Shown one piece after another: positions 10,478-20,394 of a DNA stretch of 64,000 nt. Numbering within the stretch: position 1 is the first letter of the stretch; every line of letters begins with the position of its first letter. Below the pieces are notes generated by a model, which was given only the letters and a program-made list of their open reading frames with translations, did no database searches and was not told the origin of the DNA. A program made the position numbers and the translations under genes. Source of the stretch: Planctomycetota bacterium (GTDB lineage Bacteria; Planctomycetota; PLA2; JAEUHO01); contig JBFWRP010000021.1 of the NCBI GenBank assembly GCA_050248855.1, forward strand, positions 19,286 to 83,285, written 5' to 3'.

Positions 10478-10542
10478 GGCGAGAACGTACCTGCGGTGGC
10501 GCACGAGCGGCCACGAACGAGCCTGCGGGGGCGAGATGAGGT

Positions 10543-10633
10543 GGCGGGGAATTCTTCCGCAACTTGCCGACGGGCACGTCCGCATGCCGTAGAGAGGAGC
10601 GGCAAGTTGCGGAAGAAATCCCCGCCTCCGTAC
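10543..10633. repeat. Palindromic REPIN/MITE-like element, copy 1 (left terminus truncated)
   Basis: 27-bp arms GGCGGGGAATTCTTCCGCAACTTGCCG and CGGCAAGTTGCGGAAGAAATCCCCGCC followed by TCCGTAC; near-identical copy at 34028-34125. Confidence 0.85.
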
Positions 10634-10666
10634 AGGCTTTGCCGCCAGCGTGGCATGATCGGGGCC

Positions 10667-11584
10667 ATGCACCTGGGGAAGGCGGCCCTGTTGGTCTTGG
10701 CGTCCCTGGGCGCTGCGTGCGCGGCGCCGCGCCAAGCGCTGGACGTCGCGGCCTGGCAGGCCGAGGGGCGTGTGATCACCTCGCCCGAAGAGGCGCAGCT
10801 CGTAGACGCCCGTCGTTCCGTGCACTGGACGGATGGCGAGCTGGAGCTGCGCCGCGAAGAAGTGGCCACGCTCTTCGCCCGGGGCGTGCGTCTGCTGACG
10901 GATCTCGAGGGCACCGCCGGGACGCGCACGACCTTCGTCGTGGACACGGGCTCCACCTTCACGCTCCTCTCCGCAGCGGCCCCGCTGGCGCAAGATGTGC
11001 GCCTTGGTCCCCAGCATCGCTACGGCATCGCCAACCGACCCGGCGAGACGGGCTACCTCGGCTACCTCCCCGAGGTCGGCCTGGGCCCGCTCGTCGCCGA
11101 CCACGTGACGGTCGCCTTGACGGAGCGGTCCCACACCACGGCCGAGCCTGCCAACATCTTGGGGCTCCAGCACCTCTTCCATCTCCAGCTGGAGGGCGAC
11201 ACGGGCCGCTGGTGGCTTCGAAGCGGCGCTTCACGACGCCCATCTCTCGAGTCGGGCTGGAGCCGCGTCGCACTCGTGCCGGGCACGCCGCTCCTACACG
11301 TCCGCTCGCCCGAGGGAGCCACCGTGCTCGCCATGATCGACACCGGCGCGTGGAGAAGCACGGTCGTCAAAGGCGCCCCGGAGGGTGGGTACCACGTCCT
11401 CGACGACCGAGGACACCCCGTCCTCCCGGTCGCGGCCGAGAGCACGGTGGACTGGCCGGGCATGGAGTGGCGCGGCGAGCGCATCGTGCTCCTCATCGGC
11501 CTGGATGTGCTCGCGCGTCGGGCGTGCCGCCTCACGTTCGATGCGGCTACCTGGGCCGTGGGCCCGCCGCCTGCTCCTCGCTGA
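10667..11584 (+). CDS. Retropepsin-like aspartic protease lipoprotein with two catalytic lobes
   Basis: VVDTGST and MIDTGAW motifs, ILG and LIG downstream motifs, N-terminal GAAC lipobox. Confidence 0.8.
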   Translation: MHLGKAALLVLASLGAACAAPRQALDVAAWQAEGRVITSPEEAQLVDARRSVHWTDGELELRREEVATLFARGVRLLTDLEGTAGTRTTFVVDTGSTFTLLSAAAPLAQDVRLGPQHRYGIANRPGETGYLGYLPEVGLGPLVADHVTVALTERSHTTAEPANILGLQHLFHLQLEGDTGRWWLRSGASRRPSLESGWSRVALVPGTPLLHVRSPEGATVLAMIDTGAWRSTVVKGAPEGGYHVLDDRGHPVLPVAAESTVDWPGMEWRGERIVLLIGLDVLARRACRLTFDAATWAVGPPPAPR

Positions 11585-11670
11585 GACGCGGCCTCGAAGA
11601 ACCGTAGGCGCTCCCCCTATGACACCCTTCGTGGTGGTGGGCCTGCCGAGCCGCGTCTACAGCCAGGTCC

Positions 11671-12174
11671 ATGCGCCAGGAGATCCTGAATGGCTTCCGC
11701 CTCGAGCAGCGGCGCTTGCGCCTGCTGCTCGAGGGTATCGACGCGGCCTCGTGGACGCTGCAGCCTGCCGGCGTGGTCAACCACGCGGCGTGGACCGTGG
11801 GCCACTTGGCGGCCAGCATGGAAGCCATCGGTGGCGAGCTGGGACTCGCGCCCTGGCTCGAGCCAACGTGGCGCACGCGTCACGGCGAGGGATCGACGCC
11901 CGTCGACGATGCAGTCGCCTATCCACCTCCGTCGGTGCTGTGGTCCCGGTTCGAGGACGCGGCCGATCGAGTGGCCTCGGCCGTGAAGCAGGTGGGCAAC
12001 GAGGCGTGGTTCGGGCCGCTCCCGGACGAACGGTATCGCGCGACGTATCCCACGCTGGCCCACGCTGTCCTGCACATCCTCGTCGGCCACACGGCCGCGC
12101 ACGTCGGCCAGCTGGGATGCTGGCTGCGAGCCGTCCGTCAAGAACCGTCCGCAGGTCGTGCATCTGGACGCTGA
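11671..12174 (+). CDS. DinB-family protein
   Basis: NHAAWTVGHL and HTAAHVGQL metal-binding His pattern. Confidence 0.85.
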   Translation: MRQEILNGFRLEQRRLRLLLEGIDAASWTLQPAGVVNHAAWTVGHLAASMEAIGGELGLAPWLEPTWRTRHGEGSTPVDDAVAYPPPSVLWSRFEDAADRVASAVKQVGNEAWFGPLPDERYRATYPTLAHAVLHILVGHTAAHVGQLGCWLRAVRQEPSAGRASGR

Positions 12175-12222
12175 CGCGCCCTCGGTGCGTGGCCCGCCGC
12201 GCGCCGCCCTATCGTCTCGGGC

Positions 12223-12708
12223 ATGCAGCGAGAGCTCGACCGGCTGGCAACCTACCTCGACCAAGACGATCGCCATGTAGAGGACGTCTCGGCGTGGTCG
12301 ATCCACAAGCAGGTGGAGCACACGGCCCTGGTGGCACGGCAGATCCTGCAGCTGGTCGCAGGCCTCGAGTCGGGTGCCATGGGTGAGCGGGGCGGGTGGC
12401 TGCGTTGGCCGGGGCATCTCGTCTTGGCGCTCGGTTGGATCCCGCGGGGCAAGGGGGTCGCTCCCAAGGCCCTGCATCCCGCCGACACGCCGGATCCAGA
12501 CGTGGTGCGTGGCGTGATCGCCGAGATCCGCGCGCTCCATCCCGAGCGCCGTCCTCGCCGCGGCGGCCCGCGGGCATCCCACCCGCACTTCGGGCCCATG
12601 ACCGCTCGGCAATGGGCGCGCTTCCTGCGCATCCACACGCGCCACCACCTCCGGATCATCCGCGACATCGGGAGGCGCGCCCACGTCACGGCGCGTGGCC
12701 CACGGTGA
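12223..12708 (+). CDS. DinB-like (DUF1569-type) protein
   Basis: WSIHKQVEH, HPHFGPMT and HTRHHLRII motifs. Confidence 0.8.
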   Translation: MQRELDRLATYLDQDDRHVEDVSAWSIHKQVEHTALVARQILQLVAGLESGAMGERGGWLRWPGHLVLALGWIPRGKGVAPKALHPADTPDPDVVRGVIAEIRALHPERRPRRGGPRASHPHFGPMTARQWARFLRIHTRHHLRIIRDIGRRAHVTARGPR

Positions 12709-12819
12709 TGTGTGCCCGGTCGCAGCCGGGCGTCGCGTGTCCCTCGCGAGATCCACGTCGCGCCGCAGCGACCAGCGCCCGGCCGCTACACTGCGCCCCA
12801 TCGGAGGAGGCGCTTCACG

Positions 12820-15738
12820 ATGCGGTGGACGAAGGCGGGCTTGGCGCTGTGGTTGGGTGGGCTGGTGGTGCTCGGTGGGCTGCAACCGGCCAGCGCAGCC
12901 GAGCCGGAGCAGCTCGAGCTCGAGATCCGGGCGCGGCTTGACGGCAAGCCCTGGGCCGACGCACCTGTCCGCGTGCTCGAGGTCGAGGCAACGACCTCGT
13001 CCCAGCCCGAGGAGGTCGGGGCCGCGCTGGTGACGGCGCACGCGCGGCTGCGCGACGCCGGCACGCCGACCGCGGCGCGGTGCGATGCCAAGGGTCGTGC
13101 CACGGTGATCGTTCCGAAGGATGGCGTGCGGCTGCTCCGTGTCGGGAAGGGTCCCGAGGCGTGGACGGCCTCGCTCTTGCCGCCCCTGCTCGTCCCCGGT
13201 GAGCCGCTCCTGGTCGACGCCACGTCGAAGCCGCTTCGCGTCGCGTTGCCCGGGCCCGTGCCCGCGGGATGGCACCTGATGGCCGTGAGACGGAGTACGG
13301 CGATCCAAGGTGTCATGCCGCTGGCCTTCGGACGCGCCGGTGCGGGCACGGGCCCCATGACGCTCGACGGCATGGCCAGCGGTGTCATCACTCTCGGTTG
13401 GATCCACCCCAGGCACGGCTTCCAGGGCGCGCATGCGCTGACGGCCCGGCCTGGCGACACCATCGTCCAGGGCAGGCTGCCGCACATGGACGCCGCAAAC
13501 ATGCTGGCCGTGATCGTCACCGTGAAGGCGCCGCCCGGAACGTCCACGTCCGACATCCGCGTCGATGTGGGGGATCGCGATCCTCGGTTGGCAGGTCTCG
13601 AGCCGGGGCCCGACGGTTCGTTCACGTCCGGCGAGACCGGAGGTGTCCCTCTCTCCGCGTACCCCACGCTCCGCGGCTTGCGCGCGCACATCCAAGCACC
13701 TGGCTGCATGCCTGCCGTCACCGAGCTCGAGATGGTCGAAGCGGTTGATGGGGCGCGGCAGCTCGTGGCCCATGTTGTCCTGGAACAGGGGCAGCCCGTG
13801 ACCGGGAGCGCGGAGTGGGCGGACGGGTTGGCCGAGAGACAGCGCTGGGTGCAGGTCCGCGCAGTCCAGGGCACGGACCCGACTCCCTCGACATGGTTCC
13901 TCCTTCGAGCCGACGGGACGTTCGAGACATGGCTCGCCCCCGGCCGCTGGGAGCTCGCGCCGATCCATGATCGCGCTTCCGCCCAGCAGATCGACGTGGG
14001 TCCGACGGGCACGGCCGACGTCAAGCTGCCCGCGGTTGCGCAGCGCACGCTCAGCGGAACCGTCGTCGTGCCCCGCGGGCGCAGCGCAGCCGATGCCCGC
14101 GTCTACGCGATGTGGGGGCCGGAGATGTCCGGCCACTCCGTTCGACCCGACAAGCAGGGACGCTTCTCGATGGAGGTTCCCGCTGCGGTCCCCGGCGGAT
14201 TGACGCTGGCTGTCTCCGCTCCGCGCTGCGGCATGGCGACACGCAAGGTGTCCAACGGTCAGACCGACGTCGGCACGCTCGAGCTCGTGGCCGGCGGCTC
14301 CGTGCGCTTCGAAGCCAAGGACGCGCGCGGCGAGCCGCTCGAGGACTGGGGGCTATTGCCGGAGCGTGCCATGAAGGAGCCGGTCTTGGCGCTCACGCAA
14401 GCGGTCGTGGATGGCTCGGGTCGTGCGGAGCTCGCCGGAATCGAGCCCGGCAAGCACACGTTCATCGTGGCCTCAGGAGACGAGCGCAACTTCCAGGTGT
14501 CGTTCGAAGTGAAGGAAGGGAAGGAGACGCGCGTCGCCGTGGCTCCGCCACCCGATCAAGAGCTGCTCGTCTTGGCACCTGACCTGCCGAGCTCGACCTC
14601 GTCAGAGGACGTGGTCATCGCGGCCAAGCTCGGCACGAGCTTGCTCCACTGGGAGACGTTCGTCACGGACGACAAGGGCCACATCGTCCTCCCGTATCCC
14701 CGAGGCGCCGACGCGTTGATCTTGCTCGCCGCGCGAACGGGACGGCTCGTGGCCACCTCGCCCCTGCGGCAAGAGGACGCCCAGCCGGGGACGGCCTCCA
14801 AGCGTGCGATGACGCCGTACGAGCCTGGGCCCTGGGAGGCCGTCCTGCGCATCGAGGACGGCGGGGGACGCCCGGTCTACCCCACGGCTTCCACGTTGAT
14901 CGTCGATACGGTGCGCCCGTCCGCCAACCCCATCGAGCAGATGGACTTCGGGGAGCGGGTGAGCGTCAGGCGCATGTTCGAGGTGCCGAGCTTCGAAGTG
15001 TTGCGCGTAGGTGGTCATGTGCTGCTGGGCTGCTCCGATGCGCAGATCAAGATGGACTTGTGGATGCCGCAACGTGGCGAGACCCTGCGCTCCAAGCGCC
15101 TCTTCCTGCGGGAGTTCGTCGATGCCGCGGGCCAGGCCGTGGATTTGGCTCCTGCCGTCGTCGATCTCCCGGCGCCTCCACGGGTCCGGGTCCGCCCGGC
15201 GCTTCCCTTGCGCATGGCGATCAAGGCCGCTGGGTCTCCAGTGCGCAAGGCGATCGTCGAGGTCCAGTACGTGCTGCCCGGTGACGTCAGCTACCGCGAG
15301 GGCGAACTGCCTCGCGTGCGCGTCAAGACGGACGCCCTGGGCGTGGCGACGCTGCGCGATCGCCCGCAGGACATGGACCTGCTCGTGCGCGTGGTCCAGG
15401 CCGAAGGCGGCGTTCCCCAGGCAAAGCCCGTCACGATTGCTGCGGCCCAGAGTGGCACCGTCGAGCTGACGGTCGAGAAGGCGGCCTCGGTTGTCGTCAC
15501 CGTGCTGGACAGGGCCGGCAAGCCCGTGGTCGGCGTCAACGTCTACGTCTGGGACGCCGACGCCCACACCCAGCGCGATCCCCGGCCGGTCGCGACGGGC
15601 ACGACCGACGCCGAAGGCACCTGCCGCTTCGAGGGCCTGTCCGCAGAGTCCCGCTACCAGATCGACGTCGAGGACGACCGCTTCGCGCCCCACATCGACT
15701 GGCGGCCGCTCGACACGACACTTCGCGCTATCCGGTAG
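12820..15738 (+). CDS. Large exported protein with carboxypeptidase-regulatory-like repeats
   Basis: Signal peptide, GGAGG RBS, repeated TDxxG beta-sandwich motifs such as GTTDAEGTCRFEGL. Confidence 0.75.
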   Translation: MRWTKAGLALWLGGLVVLGGLQPASAAEPEQLELEIRARLDGKPWADAPVRVLEVEATTSSQPEEVGAALVTAHARLRDAGTPTAARCDAKGRATVIVPKDGVRLLRVGKGPEAWTASLLPPLLVPGEPLLVDATSKPLRVALPGPVPAGWHLMAVRRSTAIQGVMPLAFGRAGAGTGPMTLDGMASGVITLGWIHPRHGFQGAHALTARPGDTIVQGRLPHMDAANMLAVIVTVKAPPGTSTSDIRVDVGDRDPRLAGLEPGPDGSFTSGETGGVPLSAYPTLRGLRAHIQAPGCMPAVTELEMVEAVDGARQLVAHVVLEQGQPVTGSAEWADGLAERQRWVQVRAVQGTDPTPSTWFLLRADGTFETWLAPGRWELAPIHDRASAQQIDVGPTGTADVKLPAVAQRTLSGTVVVPRGRSAADARVYAMWGPEMSGHSVRPDKQGRFSMEVPAAVPGGLTLAVSAPRCGMATRKVSNGQTDVGTLELVAGGSVRFEAKDARGEPLEDWGLLPERAMKEPVLALTQAVVDGSGRAELAGIEPGKHTFIVASGDERNFQVSFEVKEGKETRVAVAPPPDQELLVLAPDLPSSTSSEDVVIAAKLGTSLLHWETFVTDDKGHIVLPYPRGADALILLAARTGRLVATSPLRQEDAQPGTASKRAMTPYEPGPWEAVLRIEDGGGRPVYPTASTLIVDTVRPSANPIEQMDFGERVSVRRMFEVPSFEVLRVGGHVLLGCSDAQIKMDLWMPQRGETLRSKRLFLREFVDAAGQAVDLAPAVVDLPAPPRVRVRPALPLRMAIKAAGSPVRKAIVEVQYVLPGDVSYREGELPRVRVKTDALGVATLRDRPQDMDLLVRVVQAEGGVPQAKPVTIAAAQSGTVELTVEKAASVVVTVLDRAGKPVVGVNVYVWDADAHTQRDPRPVATGTTDAEGTCRFEGLSAESRYQIDVEDDRFAPHIDWRPLDTTLRAIR

Positions 15739-15855
15739 CTGCACGCGTCGCGAGGCGCACGGCAGGTCCGCCGAATGACCACGGCTCCCCGCGTCGTCCG
15801 AAGCGCTCCGTGAACCGATTGGCCCGCGGGCGGCCATGGGATTCTCGGAGCCCCC

Positions 15856-18800
15856 ATGTCCCGCCCGCCCCAACCCCTCTCCGTCGAGACGCTGCTGGAC
15901 AACGCCGAGGGCATGAGGCGCCTGGCGCGGCAGCTCGTCCGGGACGCCGCCGAGGCCGACGACGTGGCCCAGGACGCCCTCGTGCGCGCCCTGCATGCCG
16001 GACCGCGGGACCCGCGCTCACCTCGCGCCTGGTTGTTCGGGCTTGTGCGCAACGTCGCCCGCGAGCGGCGGCGGACCGCTGTCCGACGCCACGCGCGCGA
16101 GCAGGCTGCCCAGCGGCAGCGGATCGTCCCCTCGACGGCGCATACGGTCAGTGAGCTCGCCGAGCACCGACGGGTGCTCCAGTGCCTCGCGGAGCTGCCC
16201 GAGCCCTATCGCTCGGCGCTCTGGTCGCGTCACTTCCGCGACCTGCCGCCGCGCGAGATCGCCGCGGAGTGCGGCGTGCCGGTCGAGACCGTCCGGACCT
16301 GGCTCAAGCGCGGCCATCAACGCTTGCGCGAGCGCCTTGACGCGACCGACGCGCAAGGGGGAAAGGCATGGCGCGCTGCGCTCGCGCCCTGCTTGGGAGC
16401 AGCCGCGGGCCGCTCCGTGGGATGGGGAGGAGGGCTGGTCATGGCCAGTGCAACGAAGGCGGGCGCCTTGGGTGTCCTCACGGTTCTCGCGCTCCTGGCG
16501 GGAGCCTGGCTCTTGGGCGTGCTCGATGGGGAACGTGCTCGCGTTGAGTCGCCAGCAGGCGGCGTCACGGCGGACAGCGCGTCCGCTGGCCTGGCCCAAC
16601 CCGGTTCGGCGCCGCAGCTGACTGCTCCTGGGCGGGCATCCGAGCTGGTGTCGGATCCGGGCACCTTGGTCGGACTCGTCGTGGACTCGCACGATGCGCC
16701 TGTCCGCGGCGCGCATGTGCTGATGGGTGCGGCTGACGTTGCCTCGGTGGATGACATGGTGGTCTGCGCAGCGAGCGGCGACGATGGCAGATTCACGGTC
16801 ACGTTGGATCCGGCCGCGGAGCGTGGCGTGTTGGCGGCGATCGGGCCGGCCGGAGAGACCACGATCGTGCCCGTGTCGGCCTCCACCGTGCGCATGGTCG
16901 TGCTGCGCCTTCCCGCGGGCGGGGCCGACGAGGTCTGCGTGCGCAGCGTGAGCACGGGCCTGCCCGTCCCCGGCGCCCGCTGCGAGGTGCGGCTCCGCGA
17001 GGAGGGGCGGACGTGGATCCGCACGGTCGTTGCCGATGAGGCCGGGCGAGCCTCGATCCCCCACATGGCGAGTCGCAACGTGAGGGGTTGGCGCCTCCTG
17101 CGGGTGCGCGCTCTACAGCACGCCATCTACGAGGAGGTCTACTCCCCCGGAGACACGGACCCCACGAGGGGAACGTCCGACTCACCTCGTGACATCTGGC
17201 TGGATGCAGCCATCGAGCTGACCGTGCGCGTCGAGGATCTCACCGGTCAGCCCGTGGCTGGAGCGGTCGTCCAGGGGTGGAGTGGGTGGCGCGAAGGCCC
17301 GCCACGCGATCGCCCCGAGTTCGCCATCGAGGTCGGGGCCGCCGAGCCGCACGACTCTCGCCTGGAGCTGGGCCGTGCCGTAACGGACGCTGCGGGGCGC
17401 GCCATTCTCCCGGGGCGCAAGGAGTACGTGAACATCACCGTACGCGCCGACAGCGACGACGGCCTGGGCATCCTCACCACGTTGGGGGGCGCACGCAACA
17501 ACGAGGTACGCGTCGTCCTGCGCCCGACGTGCCGCATCCGGGGGCGTGTCGTGGGTCCCGACGGTCAGCCCGTCGTCGGTGCGTTCGTCCACGTACATCC
17601 GGCCGAGGTCGCCGAGCGTCTGCGCGCTGGTGGGAGCACTCGGGAACCCGCACCGGAGTCCTTGACTGGGTTCCACAGTCGAAGCGGGGCCGACGGCACG
17701 TTCCGGCTGGGGCCCGTGTCCGTTCCCACGAGGGACGGTGTCCCCCTGATGGTGCAGGCGGTGACGGGCGCGCTGGGGGCAGCCGTGGCCAGCTTCGACG
17801 CCAAGGAAGCCGTGGGGGACATCGAGGCCGACATCGTGTTTGCGGCCTCGGACGCGCCGCACCGCACGCTCGTCGTGGACGCAGCGGGCACGCCTGTCGA
17901 AGGCGCGCTCGTCTTCTGGGGCAACATGCGCCCCGCCTCGGTGACCGATGACTCGGGGCTCGCTCTGTCGAAGCCCTACGCGCTGCCGGATCTGGAGCTG
18001 CACGTCGCCAAGGCCTGCTACGGCGTGGCGCATGTGCCCCGGGATCCATCCGGGACGAATCGCGTCGTACTCCACCCAGAGTGTTCCCTCGCAGGTCGCC
18101 TGGTCGACGCGAGCGGCCGTGGCGTGCGGGGCCACTTGGTCGTGTACGCGGCGCCCGCCGCCGAGGGCGCGTACGTCTCCGCCGCCCGCTTGGCCACCGC
18201 CTACGCGGGGGACGATGGCACCTTCCGGTGCGAGCACCTCCCTCCACCGCCGTGGCGCATCGAGTTCACGCACAACCAATCGTTCCCGCATGGAGGGGGT
18301 CGGCAGCTCAAGGGCGAGGCCCTGGTCGACTCTACGAACGACGTCGTGCTGGCCTTGGGTGACAGCGCGCCAGGGCCTGGCCCCAGGTCCTTGCTGGAGG
18401 GTGTCGTCCTCGATCCAGACGGGTCGCCAGCAGGCGAGTATTGGATCCACCTTGTGCAGGGTGAGCGCCATGTCGCGCCGCGCACACAGAGCCGGAGGTT
18501 CCGCTTCGAACGGGTTCCCCCTGGAGCCTATGTTGCCGAAGCGTTTGGCTCCGGTGGCCGCACGCTGGCCTGCGTTCCCCTGGATGTCCGACCCGGTGAG
18601 GACCAGCGTGATCTCGTGATCCGTTTCAGCCCCGAGGTGGACCGGGCAGCTCATCTCTCGTTGCCCGACGGCACGCCCTTGGCCGGTGCCACGCTGCGTT
18701 GGGAGCGGATCGACGGTCACGGGGGAAGCGAGGGACGCACCGACGCCGAGGGAGCCGTCCGGCTGACCACCGTCCTGCCGGGACGGTACAGGCTGAGCGT

Positions 18801-19245
18801 TCAGGCACCCGACGCGGATGGGGGCCGCGCCTGGCTGCCGGGCGAGTCGACCCTGCTCGTTGAAGAAGGCCACAACACACCCATCGCACTGCGCATGGAG
18901 CCCGCGGCGCGCCTCGTGATCGTCATCGACGACGATCGTTTGCTGCCCGCCTCACGCATGGGCCGAGAGCCGCGGTCCGGCGAGTCATGGGAAGCCTACG
19001 AACGAACCCGGTGGTCCAGCGTGGTCGTACGGACGGAGTCGGGTCACGAGCTGCGGGGGGGGTGGGCCGTCCGCGGTCGTGCCGTGTTCCCCTGGGCACT
19101 CCCCGCGGGCGTCCATCGGCTCGAGATCTCCCTCGCGGGCAAGCTGGAGGTCAGTACCACCTTCCGAACCCACGGGGGCGAAGACACCGAGGTCGTCGTT
19201 CGCTTTCCGGAGGCGGGGGCCGCCGAGGCCGGGTCCAAGCGCTAG
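15856..19245 (+). CDS. ECF sigma-70 factor fused to a TM helix and carboxypeptidase-regulatory-like repeats
   Basis: Region 2 (ADDVAQDA, RAWLFGLVRN), region 4 (PREIAAECGVPVETVRTWLKRG), a hydrophobic segment, then repeated GxVVDxxGxPV units. Confidence 0.88.
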   Translation: MSRPPQPLSVETLLDNAEGMRRLARQLVRDAAEADDVAQDALVRALHAGPRDPRSPRAWLFGLVRNVARERRRTAVRRHAREQAAQRQRIVPSTAHTVSELAEHRRVLQCLAELPEPYRSALWSRHFRDLPPREIAAECGVPVETVRTWLKRGHQRLRERLDATDAQGGKAWRAALAPCLGAAAGRSVGWGGGLVMASATKAGALGVLTVLALLAGAWLLGVLDGERARVESPAGGVTADSASAGLAQPGSAPQLTAPGRASELVSDPGTLVGLVVDSHDAPVRGAHVLMGAADVASVDDMVVCAASGDDGRFTVTLDPAAERGVLAAIGPAGETTIVPVSASTVRMVVLRLPAGGADEVCVRSVSTGLPVPGARCEVRLREEGRTWIRTVVADEAGRASIPHMASRNVRGWRLLRVRALQHAIYEEVYSPGDTDPTRGTSDSPRDIWLDAAIELTVRVEDLTGQPVAGAVVQGWSGWREGPPRDRPEFAIEVGAAEPHDSRLELGRAVTDAAGRAILPGRKEYVNITVRADSDDGLGILTTLGGARNNEVRVVLRPTCRIRGRVVGPDGQPVVGAFVHVHPAEVAERLRAGGSTREPAPESLTGFHSRSGADGTFRLGPVSVPTRDGVPLMVQAVTGALGAAVASFDAKEAVGDIEADIVFAASDAPHRTLVVDAAGTPVEGALVFWGNMRPASVTDDSGLALSKPYALPDLELHVAKACYGVAHVPRDPSGTNRVVLHPECSLAGRLVDASGRGVRGHLVVYAAPAAEGAYVSAARLATAYAGDDGTFRCEHLPPPPWRIEFTHNQSFPHGGGRQLKGEALVDSTNDVVLALGDSAPGPGPRSLLEGVVLDPDGSPAGEYWIHLVQGERHVAPRTQSRRFRFERVPPGAYVAEAFGSGGRTLACVPLDVRPGEDQRDLVIRFSPEVDRAAHLSLPDGTPLAGATLRWERIDGHGGSEGRTDAEGAVRLTTVLPGRYRLSVQAPDADGGRAWLPGESTLLVEEGHNTPIALRMEPAARLVIVIDDDRLLPASRMGREPRSGESWEAYERTRWSSVVVRTESGHELRGGWAVRGRAVFPWALPAGVHRLEISLAGKLEVSTTFRTHGGEDTEVVVRFPEAGAAEAGSKR

Positions 19246-20279
19246 CGCCGACCCGGCATCAGGTAGAGCGCGCCCAGGGTGTCGAAGCGGGCCGGCGGGC
19301 CCTTGGCCTTGCGCACGTGCACGACCTGGGCGACCTCCTCTGCGGCGGCGCTGAAGACAACGCTGGTGCCGTCGTCCAGGTCGTACGTCCACAGGTGGAC
19401 ACCGCTTCCCATGTCGCGGTCGGGCTCGCCGAAGAGGTCGCGCACCTCGCTCATGCCCAGCGCCAGCCGGGCCGCCGTCCAGAGGGCGTCCAGGGTCCTC
19501 GCGGGCCGCAGGGCGCGCGCGTAGGCGCGGCGTGCGACGACGACTTCCTCGTGCATCGCCTTCTGACGCGCTTCTATCGCGTCGGTCCGCGTGCCGATGA
19601 CGGCCGTCTGCCACGACGTCATGGGGCCGTCCACGAGCGGTTTCCGCTCCAGGCTCAAGCTGCCATCCGTACCCACCGTGGCCGTGACGTGCACGAGCCG
19701 AAGCATGCGGTCCATCTCGTAGGCGACGAGCGACACGTTCCATCCCGAGGGTGTTCCGTCGTCGTCCGCCGCGTCGGAGGCCGTCGCCGAGGGCGTCCAG
19801 CTCGGCGGGCGGTGATCGGTGACCTTCACGGCGAGGTGCTCGAGCTTCTCGGCCAGCTCGCGACCCGTGGCGAGCAGCCGCTCGGCCGTCGCGGCGTCCG
19901 TCACGAGGGGGCCCGCGACGAACAGGCGGACGGCCTCGATGGCGGCGTCGGGCGACCCGATGGGCATGACCGTGCGGCTGTCGGACTCGTGGGCAGCTGG
20001 CAGCATCGCCGTCAACGTCGCGGGTGCGAGCTGCGTGGCCCGCGTGCTCGAGAATGTGACGGGGGCGACGGCCACGTACGGGAACACGTCGCTCAGATGC
20101 CGCACCCCCTCCGTGACCCTCACGCCCGGGCTGACGCGCAGCGCCGTCAGCGGAAGCACGACCCGTCGGAGGGGATCGACGTCGCGCGCATGCTCGTCCT
20201 CGGCGTGCACCGCGAGACCCGTCCCTGCGACGGCGAGCGCGCCCACGATGGCCACGCCCAACCAGCTCCGTGCGTTCAT
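19242..20279 (-). CDS. Exported hypothetical protein
   Basis: Signal peptide ending AVHA, GGAGG RBS, C-terminal SmpA-like LFGEPDRDMGSG segment. Confidence 0.7.
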   Translation of the reverse strand: MNARSWLGVAIVGALAVAGTGLAVHAEDEHARDVDPLRRVVLPLTALRVSPGVRVTEGVRHLSDVFPYVAVAPVTFSSTRATQLAPATLTAMLPAAHESDSRTVMPIGSPDAAIEAVRLFVAGPLVTDAATAERLLATGRELAEKLEHLAVKVTDHRPPSWTPSATASDAADDDGTPSGWNVSLVAYEMDRMLRLVHVTATVGTDGSLSLERKPLVDGPMTSWQTAVIGTRTDAIEARQKAMHEEVVVARRAYARALRPARTLDALWTAARLALGMSEVRDLFGEPDRDMGSGVHLWTYDLDDGTSVVFSAAAEEVAQVVHVRKAKGPPARFDTLGALYLMPGRR

Positions 20280-20394
20280 GTCACCTCCTCGTGGGTACCT
20301 GGACACTTGGTTCTACGCCGTGCGCAGGACCAGGAGGGCAAAGCGTGTGCAAAGCGTGGGGACGTTCGTACCCGCCGGCGGGCAGAACGCCGGA

